Shown piece by piece: positions 18,971 to 28,000 of a stretch of 64,000 bases of DNA; positions within the stretch are counted from its first letter, which is position 1, and every line of letters starts with the position of its first letter. A model generated the notes under the pieces. It had not been told where the DNA came from. It saw nothing but the letters and a program-made list of their open reading frames with translations, and ran no database searches. A program made the translations under genes and the position numbers. The stretch is from Candidatus Lindowbacteria bacterium RIFCSPLOWO2_12_FULL_62_27 (GTDB taxonomy: Bacteria > Lindowbacteria > 2-12-FULL-62-27), in assembly GCA_001784175.1 (NCBI GenBank), contig MFPR01000004.1, positions 1-64,000 on the forward strand, in the 5' to 3' direction.

Positions 18971-20361
18971 CAGGCGCGCAACCCGTCGTGCGGTCCGGCA
19001 GTCCGTGGCCTTTCTGGACAGGGCTTGCGTTGCAGCTCATCCTTGCGTGGGCGGCGGTTTTCGGCGCCTACGAGCTGATCGAACGATATTATCTTCAGGA
19101 TACCGGCCCCGCGCTCTTGCATCGGCTGCACATTCTGCGCGGGAGCGGCACGTCATTTTTGCTGGCGCTTCTGGCCGCGCGCGCCATGTACCGGCGGCGG
19201 GAGGAGCTGATCGTCGAGGCGAAGAACCGGCTGGCGGCGGAAAAATCGCGGCAGGACGAGATTCTGGCGGGACTCGGCGCCGGCCTCATCGTGCTCGACG
19301 CGTCGTTCAAGGTGACGTACGCGAACGCCCAGGCGCAAAAATGGCTGGGGACGAAACTCGCGAATTGCCTCTGCATCGTCGAGGATTGCCCGATGGGCCG
19401 GGACACCGGCGTGTGCCCGGCGCGGGTTTCGGCGCTTCAAAAAGGATGGGTGTCGTTTGAGGAAAAAATTGAAACGCCCGACGGGACGCGATACCTGTAC
19501 ATCACGGCGTCGCCCATCGGAGGCGGCAACGGCCGGCCGCCGGACGCCATCATCGAACTCGTTCAGGACATCAGCCCCATCAAGGCCATGGAGGCGAAAC
19601 TCCGGCAGACGATCATGGCCGCGCGCGTCGGCGCCATCGCCGCCGGCGTCGCACACCAGCTCGGCAATCCCCTCGCCTCGCTCACCGCGGCGGTCGAACG
19701 GCTTCTCAGCCTGGGCGCCGACAAGCAGGACGCGTACGCGCGATACCTGCGGCGCATCGAGGTCGAGGCCGAGCGGGCCGTCCACATCGTGCGGTCCCTG
19801 ATGGACCTGGCGCGCCGCGTCAAGGACCAGGAGTCGCGCCCGGAAGACTGCACGCATCAGGCCGACCTTCACGCAACCGTCACCGAGGCGGTCGAGATCG
19901 TTTCGGAAACATACAGCGAGATTCGTTCCTTTCTCAAACTCCATCTGCCCGACCATCCCCTGCCGGTCCGGGCCAACCCGACGGACGTCCGGGAGGTGCT
20001 GGTGAACCTGCTGGAAAACGCCGTCGAAGCCATGGTGGGTCGCGACGCGCAGCGGCTGGCCATCCATGCCGCCGAGGACCGCGGATCGGTGCTTCTGCAG
20101 GTGTGCGACAGCGGGCCGGGCATCGAAGAGGCGGCTCGCGACAAGATTTTCGAACCATTTTTCTCGACGCGCCGGGAGGGCACCGGCCTGGGCCTTTATC
20201 TGTGCCGGCAGATCGTCGAATCCTACGGTGGAGAGATCCGCGCGGACAACCTGCCGGCCGGCGGTGCGCGGATTCTGGTCCGGTGGCCGGCCGGTCGGCC
20301 GGCCGGTCGATCGCCGGTCGCCGGTGGCGCGCACACCGGCGCGCAGGCGGATCATCCATGA
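18967..20361 (+). CDS. PAS-containing sensor histidine kinase
   Basis: 2 TM, PAS, AHQLGNPL, NLLENA, DSGPG, GTGLGL. Confidence 0.92.
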   Translation: MTGAQPVVRSGSPWPFWTGLALQLILAWAAVFGAYELIERYYLQDTGPALLHRLHILRGSGTSFLLALLAARAMYRRREELIVEAKNRLAAEKSRQDEILAGLGAGLIVLDASFKVTYANAQAQKWLGTKLANCLCIVEDCPMGRDTGVCPARVSALQKGWVSFEEKIETPDGTRYLYITASPIGGGNGRPPDAIIELVQDISPIKAMEAKLRQTIMAARVGAIAAGVAHQLGNPLASLTAAVERLLSLGADKQDAYARYLRRIEVEAERAVHIVRSLMDLARRVKDQESRPEDCTHQADLHATVTEAVEIVSETYSEIRSFLKLHLPDHPLPVRANPTDVREVLVNLLENAVEAMVGRDAQRLAIHAAEDRGSVLLQVCDSGPGIEEAARDKIFEPFFSTRREGTGLGLYLCRQIVESYGGEIRADNLPAGGARILVRWPAGRPAGRSPVAGGAHTGAQADHP

Positions 20362-21758
20362 CCTCGCCCGCGCAGGCGTCGCAATCGGCGCCGTCGGCGC
20401 CTCATCCGCACCCGCGGCCGCTCCGGATCCTTCTGGTGGACGACGAGGCGGGCTTTCGGGAAATGGCGGCGGAACATCTCGAATCGGCCGGCTTCGAGGT
20501 CGAGCAGGCGGGCGGCGGGAGAGAGGCGCTGGAGATTCTGAAGGTGCGGACGTTCGATCTGGCGGTATTTGACCTCAAGATGCCCGACATGAGCGGGCTG
20601 GACCTTCTGACCAGGGTAAAATCCGACTTGCCCGAAATCGAAGTCCTCATTCTGACGGCGCACGGCGGCGTCGACACCGCGGTTGAGGCGATCCGGCGCG
20701 GCGCGCACCATTACCTTGTCAAACCGATCAAGCTCGCGGAACTGCAGGCTGCGCTGGAACGCGCGGCCGAGAAAACCGCGCTGAACCGCCGGCAGGCCGG
20801 GGAAACGGCGGTCCGCGCGCACCGTCAAAGCTACAGGGCCGGCGAATTTCTAGCGACGGGTCCGCGCACGCGGGAGCTTTTGGAAACTACGGCGCACGCC
20901 GCGGCGGGCGCCTTTCCGGTCCTGATCGAGGGCGAGACCGGCACGGGCAAGGAGCTTCTGGCGCAGTTCGTCCATCGGCGATCCCCGCGACATCAGGGCC
21001 CGATGGTGGCAGTCAACTGTGGGCTTCTGTCCGAAAGTCTCCTCGAGCGGGAGCTGTTCGGTCACAGCAGGGGCGCGTTCACAGGCGCCAGCGACAGCCG
21101 CGCGGGTCTGTTTGAGGCGGCCGACGGCGGCACCCTCTTTCTGGACGAGATCGGAGAGGCCAGCCCCAACGTGCAGGTGGCGCTGCTTCGCGCCATCGAA
21201 ACCGGCATGTTCCGGCGGATCGGGGAAGTTCGGGAGAGGTTTGCGGATGTGCGCATCGTCGCGGCCTCCAATCAGCCGCTGGCGAAATCCGCCGAAACCG
21301 GCAGGTTCCGCACCGATCTCTATCATCGCCTGAACGTCGTGAACCTTCGCATCCCGCCGCTGCGCGAGCGGCCGGAGGAGATCGTGCCGCTGGCCGAGAC
21401 GTTTTTGTCCCGGCTGTGGCCCGAATCCCGGTTTCTGGACGACGCCCGGGCGGCGCTCCAGTCCCATCCATGGCCCGGGAACGTCCGGGAATTGCAGAAC
21501 GCCATCGAACGCACCGTCTATTTATGCCGCGCAGGATCGGCCGGAAAAATGACGGGAACCGTGACGGCGCAGATGCTGGGCCTGACCGCCGCCGTGCCGC
21601 CGCCGGGTCCGGCCATGGATCTCGACGGGGCTGAACGCGCCCACATCCAGGCCACGATCCTGCATTTCAACGGCGACAAGCGCGCCGCCGCGGGCGCGTT
21701 GGGCATCACGCTCCGGCATCTGTACCGCAAACTCAAGAAACACGATTTGAGCGTCTGA
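20358..21758 (+). CDS. sigma54-dependent response regulator (NtrC family)
   Basis: REC domain; [23 protein letters not shown]-terminal HTH. Confidence 0.94.
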   Translation: MTSPAQASQSAPSAPHPHPRPLRILLVDDEAGFREMAAEHLESAGFEVEQAGGGREALEILKVRTFDLAVFDLKMPDMSGLDLLTRVKSDLPEIEVLILTAHGGVDTAVEAIRRGAHHYLVKPIKLAELQAALERAAEKTALNRRQAGETAVRAHRQSYRAGEFLATGPRTRELLETTAHAAAGAFPVLIEGETGTGKELLAQFVHRRSPRHQGPMVAVNCGLLSESLLERELFGHSRGAFTGASDSRAGLFEAADGGTLFLDEIGEASPNVQVALLRAIETGMFRRIGEVRERFADVRIVAASNQPLAKSAETGRFRTDLYHRLNVVNLRIPPLRERPEEIVPLAETFLSRLWPESRFLDDARAALQSHPWPGNVRELQNAIERTVYLCRAGSAGKMTGTVTAQMLGLTAAVPPPGPAMDLDGAERAHIQATILHFNGDKRAAAGALGITLRHLYRKLKKHDLSV

Positions 21759-22238
21759 ATGGATCCCGGGCGCCGCCCCCGCGTCCTGTTTCTTTGCACG
21801 GGCAACTCGTGCCGGTCCCAGATCGCCGAGGGTCTCATGCGGTCCTTGTACGGCGACCGGTACGATGTGTTCAGCGCGGGGACCCGACCCGCCGCCGGCC
21901 ATGGATGGCCAAGTGCCGAAGGTGACAGGGATGTCAGACCTTCGGCCGCCGTCCATCCCTGGGCGGTGCGGGCCATGCGTGAAATCGACATCGACATTTC
22001 CGGCCGACGCGCAAAATCCATCGCCGATCTGCCGGGCGCGCCGTTTGATATCGTGGTCACGGTTTGCGACAACGCCCATCGAGAGTGCGTAAGCCTGCCG
22101 GCCCGGTCCCGCAGAATCCATTGGCCGATCCCGGACCCCGCCGCCGCCGGCGGCACGCAGCGGGAAATCGAATCGGCGTTCCGGCGCGCGCGCGAACTCA
22201 TCCGGGAGAATCTGCTGGCCGAATTCGGCAAACCTTGA
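21759..22238 (+). CDS. arsC: Thioredoxin-type arsenate reductase (LMW-PTP fold) with an internal repeat insertion
   Basis: [13 protein letters not shown]...C, HW..PDP. Confidence 0.85.
   Translation: MDPGRRPRVLFLCTGNSCRSQIAEGLMRSLYGDRYDVFSAGTRPAAGHGWPSAEGDRDVRPSAAVHPWAVRAMREIDIDISGRRAKSIADLPGAPFDIVVTVCDNAHRECVSLPARSRRIHWPIPDPAAAGGTQREIESAFRRARELIRENLLAEFGKP
21894..21946. repeat. Intragenic double-hairpin repeat (CCAAGTGCCG family)
   Basis: ggccatggatggcc-aagtgccgaaggt-gacagggatgtc-agaccttcggc. Confidence 0.7.
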
Positions 22239-22251
22239 TAGAAAAACCCGC

Positions 22252-22941
22252 ATGGCCGAGCTGACGAAGTTCTGGTACCTGAAACGGATCAATCTCTTTT
22301 CCGAGCTGACGCGCGAGGATATGCAGATGATGGCCGACATGACCACCATGTCCTCCTTTCCCGCCAAAGAGGTCCTCTATTTTCCGGGCGACCCCTCCGA
22401 TTCGGTCTTTCTGCTTAAAGAGGGCAACGTCAAAATTTCTCAGCTCACGCCGGACGGAAAAAAGCTGACGCTCGACATCCTCAATCCCGGGGAACTTTTC
22501 GGCGAGGCCGCGATCACGGGGCCGGACGCGGAACGGGACACGATGGCGGAGGCGCTCACGCCGGTGCATGTGTGCGTCGCGTCGAAAGACCGGTTCATGC
22601 AGTTTCTGGATCGCCGGCCGGCCCTCGTGATGCGGATCACCAAGCTCATGGGATTTCGATTGAAGAGAATCGAGACCCGTCTGCAGTCGCTCCTGTTCAA
22701 ATCCGTGCCGGCGCGCCTCGCGGAACTGATCCTCCGGCTGGCCGACGATTACGGCAAAGAGACGCCGAACGGCGTCGAGATCAGCCTGAAACTGACGCAT
22801 CAGGAATTGGCCGAGCTGATCGGATCCACCCGCGAAACCACCAGCGCCATCATGGGCCGGTTCCGGGACAAAAAACTGATCGACACCGACGGCCGCCGGA
22901 TTAGCGTTCTCAACCGGCAAAAGTTGTCCGCTATCGTCTGA
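22252..22941 (+). CDS. Crp/Fnr family transcriptional regulator
   Basis: cNMP domain (G.VKI, PGELFGE); LTHQELAELIGSTRET HTH. Confidence 0.93.
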   Translation: MAELTKFWYLKRINLFSELTREDMQMMADMTTMSSFPAKEVLYFPGDPSDSVFLLKEGNVKISQLTPDGKKLTLDILNPGELFGEAAITGPDAERDTMAEALTPVHVCVASKDRFMQFLDRRPALVMRITKLMGFRLKRIETRLQSLLFKSVPARLAELILRLADDYGKETPNGVEISLKLTHQELAELIGSTRETTSAIMGRFRDKKLIDTDGRRISVLNRQKLSAIV

Positions 22942-22953
22942 CGCCGCGTCTCT

Positions 22954-22989
22954 GACCGAAAACCGGCCGGGGCCGGCCGGTTTTCGGTC
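22954..22989. terminator. Perfect 17-bp stem hairpin, probable terminator
   Basis: gaccgaaaaccggccgg-gg-ccggccggttttcggtc right after the last gene of the run. Confidence 0.65.
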
Positions 22990-23108
22990 GGTCGTCCACC
23001 CCCTCCTCAAAATTTGCCATCCCTGTCCATTAAACTTTTCGCCTTCCGATTCAATCTGTTACGCTCGATTTTTCAGCGCGTCCCGGAGTATGCACGGCAT
23101 TTGCAACT

Positions 23109-23630
23109 ATGCGGGTGATGAGACAAGCGATGTTCGTTCTGGTCGTGGTTGTTCTGTTTGCCGTGGCGGGCGTTTGGGCGAATGGTCGGAGCGCCGACGA
23201 GCCGCAGACGCGCATCATTCACATGACGGCGCGGCAGTATGCGTTTGAGCCGTCGACGATTCGCGCGAATCTCGGCGATACGCTGGTGTTTCGATTGCAG
23301 TCGGCGGACGTCATGCACGGGTTTTATCTGGAGGGACATGATGTCGAGGCGGTCATCACACCGCAGAGTCCCTACGTCGAGCTTCGCCGGCCGTCGGAAC
23401 CGGATGCGCGGCCGCAAAAAGTGGAGGAAATAGTCGTGACGGCGGACCGGACGGGCAAGTTCCGTTACCGGTGCTCCCACACGTGCGGGACGATGCATCC
23501 ATTCATGATGGGCGAACTTGTCGTGGCGCCCAACCGCCTGTTTATCGCCTCAAGCTGGGGGATCGTCGGCCTGACGGCAGGCCTTGCGGGTACCGCCCTG
23601 TCGTCGAGGAAAAAACAAAATGGCGCGTAA
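23109..23630 (+). CDS. CuA-type cupredoxin with C-terminal membrane anchor
   Basis: Signal peptide; DVMHGF; CSHTCGTMHPFM (CxxxCxxxHxxM). Confidence 0.82.
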   Translation: MRVMRQAMFVLVVVVLFAVAGVWANGRSADEPQTRIIHMTARQYAFEPSTIRANLGDTLVFRLQSADVMHGFYLEGHDVEAVITPQSPYVELRRPSEPDARPQKVEEIVVTADRTGKFRYRCSHTCGTMHPFMMGELVVAPNRLFIASSWGIVGLTAGLAGTALSSRKKQNGA

Positions 23631-24111
23631 ATTTTCGGATTTGACGCCGGAAGAAGTCTTGCGGGTCGCCATTGGGGTTGAGATTGCCAACGGGGAGAGG
23701 CTGCGGACATTTGCGGACATGTTTTCTCAACAGTCGCCGGAAGCGTCGTCTGTTTTCAAGGAAATGGCGGAGGAGGAGGATCAGCACAAGGCTGTGCTGG
23801 TGGCGAGATACGCGCAAATCTACGCCAAGCTGGCCGACCCATTGCCGGAATCCGAAATCTCGGATGTCCTGGAGGCCCACGATCTTCAGGATGCGGAGCA
23901 TTTTATTTTCGACGATATGGACGCCCGCGCGGCGCTCAAAGCGGTGTTGGCGGCGGAGAATGTCGCGATGGATTTTTATCGCCGCGCCGTTCCTACCGCC
24001 GCCACGGATGAGCTGCGCGCGGTTTATGCGGAACTGGCCGATGGCGAGGCGGACCACGTCCGGCGCGTTCAGGAGCGGTTGGCGGCGCAGGGGATGCGAG
24101 ATGCCGGATGA
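23620..24111 (+). CDS. Rubrerythrin/ferritin-like diiron protein
   Basis: AI..E, MAEEEDQH, AE.....FY, LADGEADH motifs. Confidence 0.85.
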   Translation: MARKFSDLTPEEVLRVAIGVEIANGERLRTFADMFSQQSPEASSVFKEMAEEEDQHKAVLVARYAQIYAKLADPLPESEISDVLEAHDLQDAEHFIFDDMDARAALKAVLAAENVAMDFYRRAVPTAATDELRAVYAELADGEADHVRRVQERLAAQGMRDAG

Positions 24112-25589
24112 ATGCGCTCGAAACGATCGAGCGGCGGAGCGCCGCGGCGCCGACGGGATTACCCGAACCGTCCAAGCGCACGTTCCTGACCGGCCGGCGA
24201 ATGGAACTGTTCGAAAAATTCCCCCGGCTCTACTGGCTGGTCACGCGGCGGTGGTTTCAGTTTGCTGTCGTGGTCCCCAACCTGCTTTTCTTCTACGCGT
24301 TTCTGATCGCCGGCGTGTTTGGATCTCCGGTCGGCAACCGGAACATCATCATCATTTTTATCTGGATTCTCTGGTGGTTCGCGCTGATTACGGCGCTGGT
24401 GCCGTTCGCATCGCGAGTCTGGTGCACCGTGTGTCCCCTGCCGTTTTTCGGCGACTGGATCCAGCGCCGGGCGCTCATCAATGTCCGAACCGGCCGAACC
24501 TGCGGGCTTCAAAATCAAATGTACGGATTAAACAAGAAGTGGCCGAAGGCCCTGTCCAACATCTGGCTTCAGAACATCGCATTCCTGGGTCTTTGCACTT
24601 TTTCCGCCATGCTGGTGACCCGGCCGATCGTGACGGTGTGGGTGCTGGGCAGTCTCATCGTCCTTGCGGCGCTCATGGCGGGGGTCTTTCGCGGGCGAAC
24701 CTTCTGCAATTACGTTTGTCCCATCAGCGGATTTCTGTCGCTGTTTTCCATGACGTCGACGCTGGCGTTGCGGTCAAAGGATCTCGACGTGTGCGCCAAA
24801 TGCAAAACGAAGTCGTGCTCGGTCGGGAGCGACAAGGGCTGGGCCTGCCCCTGGGGCATCTACATGGGCAAACTCGATCGCAACAATTATTGCGGGCTGT
24901 GCATGGAATGCGTCAAATCCTGCCCCAACGACAACATCGGGTTGTTCCTCCGGCCGGCGATGTCCGACACGCGGATCAAGGGGTACGACGAATCCTGGAA
25001 GGCGTTCATCATGCTGACGCTCGCGGCCGCCTACTCGATCGTTTTGCTCGGGCCTTACGGAATCGTGAAGGACTTCGCGAACGTCGCCGAGGTCGGCGAC
25101 TGGAAGGGATTTGGAATCTATGCCGGCGGGCTGTGGTTGACGGCGCTGGCGGCGCTGCCGGCCGCGTTCGCCGCATGCGTGTGGATCGGACGGCGTCTTG
25201 CCGGTCGAAGCGACCTTGGGCAGAAAGAAATATTTCTGGGACTGAGTTACGTCTTCGTTCCTATGGGCCTTTTGGCGTGGATCGCGTTCAGCTTTCCCCT
25301 CATCATGATCAACGGCTCGTACATTCTGAACGTGATGTCGGATCCGATGGGTCGCGGCTGGGATTTGTTCAGGACGGCGCAAATTCACTGGTCGCCCATT
25401 CTGCCGGAATATGTCGGTTGCATCCAGGCGCCGCTCCTTTTCCTCGGCGCCTTCTACGCGATTCGCGCCGGATACAGGTTCGCGCTCGAAAAAACAGGGA
25501 CACCGGCCGTCGCGGTTCGGCTGGCCGCGCCCGTTTCGATTCTCGTTACGGCGATCACGCTCGCGTTTCTGAAGCTGTTTGTGGGATGA
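24108..25589 (+). CDS. Polytopic 4Fe-4S membrane protein (NapH/NosR/CcoG-like)
   Basis: WCTVCP, FCNYVCP, CAKC....C, CP, CGLCMEC..SCP; many TM helices. Confidence 0.85.
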   Translation: MNALETIERRSAAAPTGLPEPSKRTFLTGRRMELFEKFPRLYWLVTRRWFQFAVVVPNLLFFYAFLIAGVFGSPVGNRNIIIIFIWILWWFALITALVPFASRVWCTVCPLPFFGDWIQRRALINVRTGRTCGLQNQMYGLNKKWPKALSNIWLQNIAFLGLCTFSAMLVTRPIVTVWVLGSLIVLAALMAGVFRGRTFCNYVCPISGFLSLFSMTSTLALRSKDLDVCAKCKTKSCSVGSDKGWACPWGIYMGKLDRNNYCGLCMECVKSCPNDNIGLFLRPAMSDTRIKGYDESWKAFIMLTLAAAYSIVLLGPYGIVKDFANVAEVGDWKGFGIYAGGLWLTALAALPAAFAACVWIGRRLAGRSDLGQKEIFLGLSYVFVPMGLLAWIAFSFPLIMINGSYILNVMSDPMGRGWDLFRTAQIHWSPILPEYVGCIQAPLLFLGAFYAIRAGYRFALEKTGTPAVAVRLAAPVSILVTAITLAFLKLFVG

Positions 25590-25590
25590 C

Positions 25591-25656
25591 GGCGACATGG
25601 ATGACGCCGTACCCGGAGTCGGGAATTCTGCGACACAGGGACGTGGAGCAGCCGAC
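25591..25656. repeat. Intergenic GGATG-loop double hairpin
   Basis: ggcgacatggatgacgcc ... cacagggacgtg, same loop words as the 21894 element. Confidence 0.5.
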
Positions 25657-25668
25657 GGAGGGTGGCCC

Positions 25669-26172
25669 GTGGAAAAAATAGGAGTGATTCTGACGGTGGC
25701 GGTTTTGATTCTGACGCCGGTCGGCATGATCGCCGCGGATCGGCACTTTGCGTCGGGCGAACCGGCGGACGTGACGTTCACGCTGACGGGCGTGTCGGAC
25801 GGCGGCGTGTGGACGGAGGAGGCGGTCGTCGGACACAACTACTGGCGCCGGACGCCCAAGCCTGCGCGGCTCGTCGCGCGCGCGGGTCAGAAGGTGCGCA
25901 TCCGGCTCCAGAGCGCCGATGTGACGCACGGGTTCAGCATCCCGGACTTGGATGTCGGCCCCATCCTGATCGAACCGGGCCACGTCGTCGAAGCCGTGTT
26001 CACGCCGGAAGAGCCCGGCGAATATCTGTTTCAGTGCACCACGCGATGCGGCAAGTGCCATGAAGAAATGCTCGGCAGTCTCGTCGTTCTGGGCGAAGGC
26101 GAAACCCTTGAGAACTACCCGGGCGGCCTCATCAAGCCCAGAACCAAATGTCTGCTTCACGGGAGGTCGTGA
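25669..26172 (+). CDS. CuA-type cupredoxin with N-terminal TM
   Basis: GTG after ggagg; DVTHGF; CTTRCGKCHEEM. Confidence 0.8.
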   Translation: MEKIGVILTVAVLILTPVGMIAADRHFASGEPADVTFTLTGVSDGGVWTEEAVVGHNYWRRTPKPARLVARAGQKVRIRLQSADVTHGFSIPDLDVGPILIEPGHVVEAVFTPEEPGEYLFQCTTRCGKCHEEMLGSLVVLGEGETLENYPGGLIKPRTKCLLHGRS

Positions 26173-26173
26173 A

Positions 26174-26890
26174 ATGAAAACCGGAAAATGGATCGGGCGC
26201 GCCGGTCTGGCCGGCATGATTTTGTTGTCTTTCAATGTGGCCCATGCCGTCGAAAACGGCGGGATCGTCTCCGGCGCCGTCACTTATAAGGGCAAAGGCC
26301 GGCCAGCGAATCTCAAGGTGGATCACGACCTCGAGGTCTGCGGCAAACATCCGATCCGGGACGAATCGCTCCTCGTGGCGGCGGACGGCGGATTGGCCAA
26401 CGCCGTGGTGTGGCTGGAAGGCGTTTCGGGAGGAAAAGAGATGCCGACATCGGAGGCGGCCATGGATCAGTCGGGATGCGCCTACGTTCCGCACGTGTTG
26501 GCCATCGGCGTCGGTCAAAAGATTCTTTTCAAGAACAGCGATGCGGTGCTTCACAATATCAACAGTTTTCCAAAGGAGAACCGGCCCTTGAACCTCTCAC
26601 TCCTCGCCGCCGGGCAGGGAAGGCCGCTCAAGCGTTCGTTTCCGCTGGCGGACGAAATCAAAGTGACCTGCGACGCGCACAAGTGGATGAGCGCGTGGAT
26701 CGTTGTTCGGGACAATCCGTATTTCGCGGTGACGGATTCTAAGGGCCGTTACAAAATCGCCGACATCCCGCCCGGCAAATACCGGCTGGTCGTTTGGCAC
26801 GAAACCGCCGGCCGGATGCAAAAAGATATTGTCGTACAACCCAAAAAGGCCGCGACGGAAAATCTTGCCCTGCCGGCGGCGAAAAGATGA
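26174..26890 (+). CDS. Secreted cupredoxin/carboxypeptidase-regulatory-like protein (type-1 Cu motif)
   Basis: Signal peptide; DQ.GC.Y.PHV; HNIN; CDAHKWM; PPGKY.L.VWHE. Confidence 0.8.
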   Translation: MKTGKWIGRAGLAGMILLSFNVAHAVENGGIVSGAVTYKGKGRPANLKVDHDLEVCGKHPIRDESLLVAADGGLANAVVWLEGVSGGKEMPTSEAAMDQSGCAYVPHVLAIGVGQKILFKNSDAVLHNINSFPKENRPLNLSLLAAGQGRPLKRSFPLADEIKVTCDAHKWMSAWIVVRDNPYFAVTDSKGRYKIADIPPGKYRLVVWHETAGRMQKDIVVQPKKAATENLALPAAKR

Positions 26891-27999
26891 ACGGTCGGCG
26901 CCGGGGGTTTCTCTTGCTTTCCGTCACCGCGCTGATTTCGTGCGTCGCACTCGTCTGCGAACGGACGGGTTTCGGCGAGGAGCCGTACAAACTGGAGCCC
27001 CTGCCTCCGGCGCAAAGCGTAAACCCGGAACAGGCGGCGCTGGGTCGCCGGCTGTTTTTCGATCCGCGGCTTTCCGGCGACGGATCGATGTCCTGCGCCA
27101 CCTGCCACAAACCGGACGCCGGATGGGCGGACGGCCTGCCGCTGTCGATCGGGTACCCCGGTTCGCTCTACTTCCGAAACACGCCGACTGTGTTGAATGC
27201 GGCGCACGGCGCCTATTCGTATTGGGACGGCCGGCTCCCCGCCGCTGATCTGCCGACGGTCGTAAGGGATCATCTGACCGAAGCACATTTTCTGCAGTTG
27301 GACGGCCGGTTGGGGATCGAACGCCTTCGGCAGATTCCGGAATATGAGGAAGGATTTAAGAAAGCCTTCGGTGGCGTGCCGGGCTACGGTAAAATTCTGA
27401 ACGCCGTCGCCGCCTACCTCAAGACTCTGCGGTCCAAAAATATTCCGTTCGACCGATTCCTGGCCGGAGAGGAATCGGCATTATCGGCCGACGCCAAAAC
27501 CGGCATGGATCTATTCAAGGGCAGGGCCGGCTGTATCCGCTGTCACAGCGGCGGCATGCTGAGCGACGGCCGATTCCATGCCACAGGCGCGCCCGAAAAT
27601 CCGGACGTGTTCGCAACGCCCGAACGGCACATTACATTCCGTCGGTTTCTCAAAACGCTCGGCGTTTCCGATTACGCGACCCTGCGTGAGGATATCGGCC
27701 GCTCCGCCGTCACAAAGGAACCGCAGGACCGAAACGCGTTTCGGACGCCGACCTTGCGCGAACTCACGCGCACCGCGCCGTACATGCATAACGGGACTTT
27801 CAAATCGCTGGACGACGTAGTTGAGTTTTACAATCGCGGCGGGGGAAAAGAAAATCGCGCCGGACTCAAACCCCTCGGCCTTTCATCCCGGGAGAAAAAA
27901 GCCCTCGTCGAATTTCTGAAATCCTTGTCGGGCGACGAAGTCCTCGACGATCCCGGCCTCAGTCCCATGTATCAAGTCCGAACGCTGGGGAAAAACTAA
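26887..27999 (+). CDS. Diheme cytochrome c peroxidase family protein (IdrP-like)
   Basis: LGRRLFFDPRLS, SCATCH, RNTPT, WDGR, CIRCH, FRTPTLR, PYMHNG. Confidence 0.9.
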   Translation: MNGRRRGFLLLSVTALISCVALVCERTGFGEEPYKLEPLPPAQSVNPEQAALGRRLFFDPRLSGDGSMSCATCHKPDAGWADGLPLSIGYPGSLYFRNTPTVLNAAHGAYSYWDGRLPAADLPTVVRDHLTEAHFLQLDGRLGIERLRQIPEYEEGFKKAFGGVPGYGKILNAVAAYLKTLRSKNIPFDRFLAGEESALSADAKTGMDLFKGRAGCIRCHSGGMLSDGRFHATGAPENPDVFATPERHITFRRFLKTLGVSDYATLREDIGRSAVTKEPQDRNAFRTPTLRELTRTAPYMHNGTFKSLDDVVEFYNRGGGKENRAGLKPLGLSSREKKALVEFLKSLSGDEVLDDPGLSPMYQVRTLGKN

Positions 28000-28000
28000 G

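Noticed and set aside
23090-23105. sigma54 promoter for the Idr-like operon (atgcacggcatttgca)
   Set aside because: The essential -24 GG is TG here
23109-26172. nosZ call for the CuA proteins
   Set aside because: Only about 170 aa each; no CuZ propeller domain and no nosDFYL
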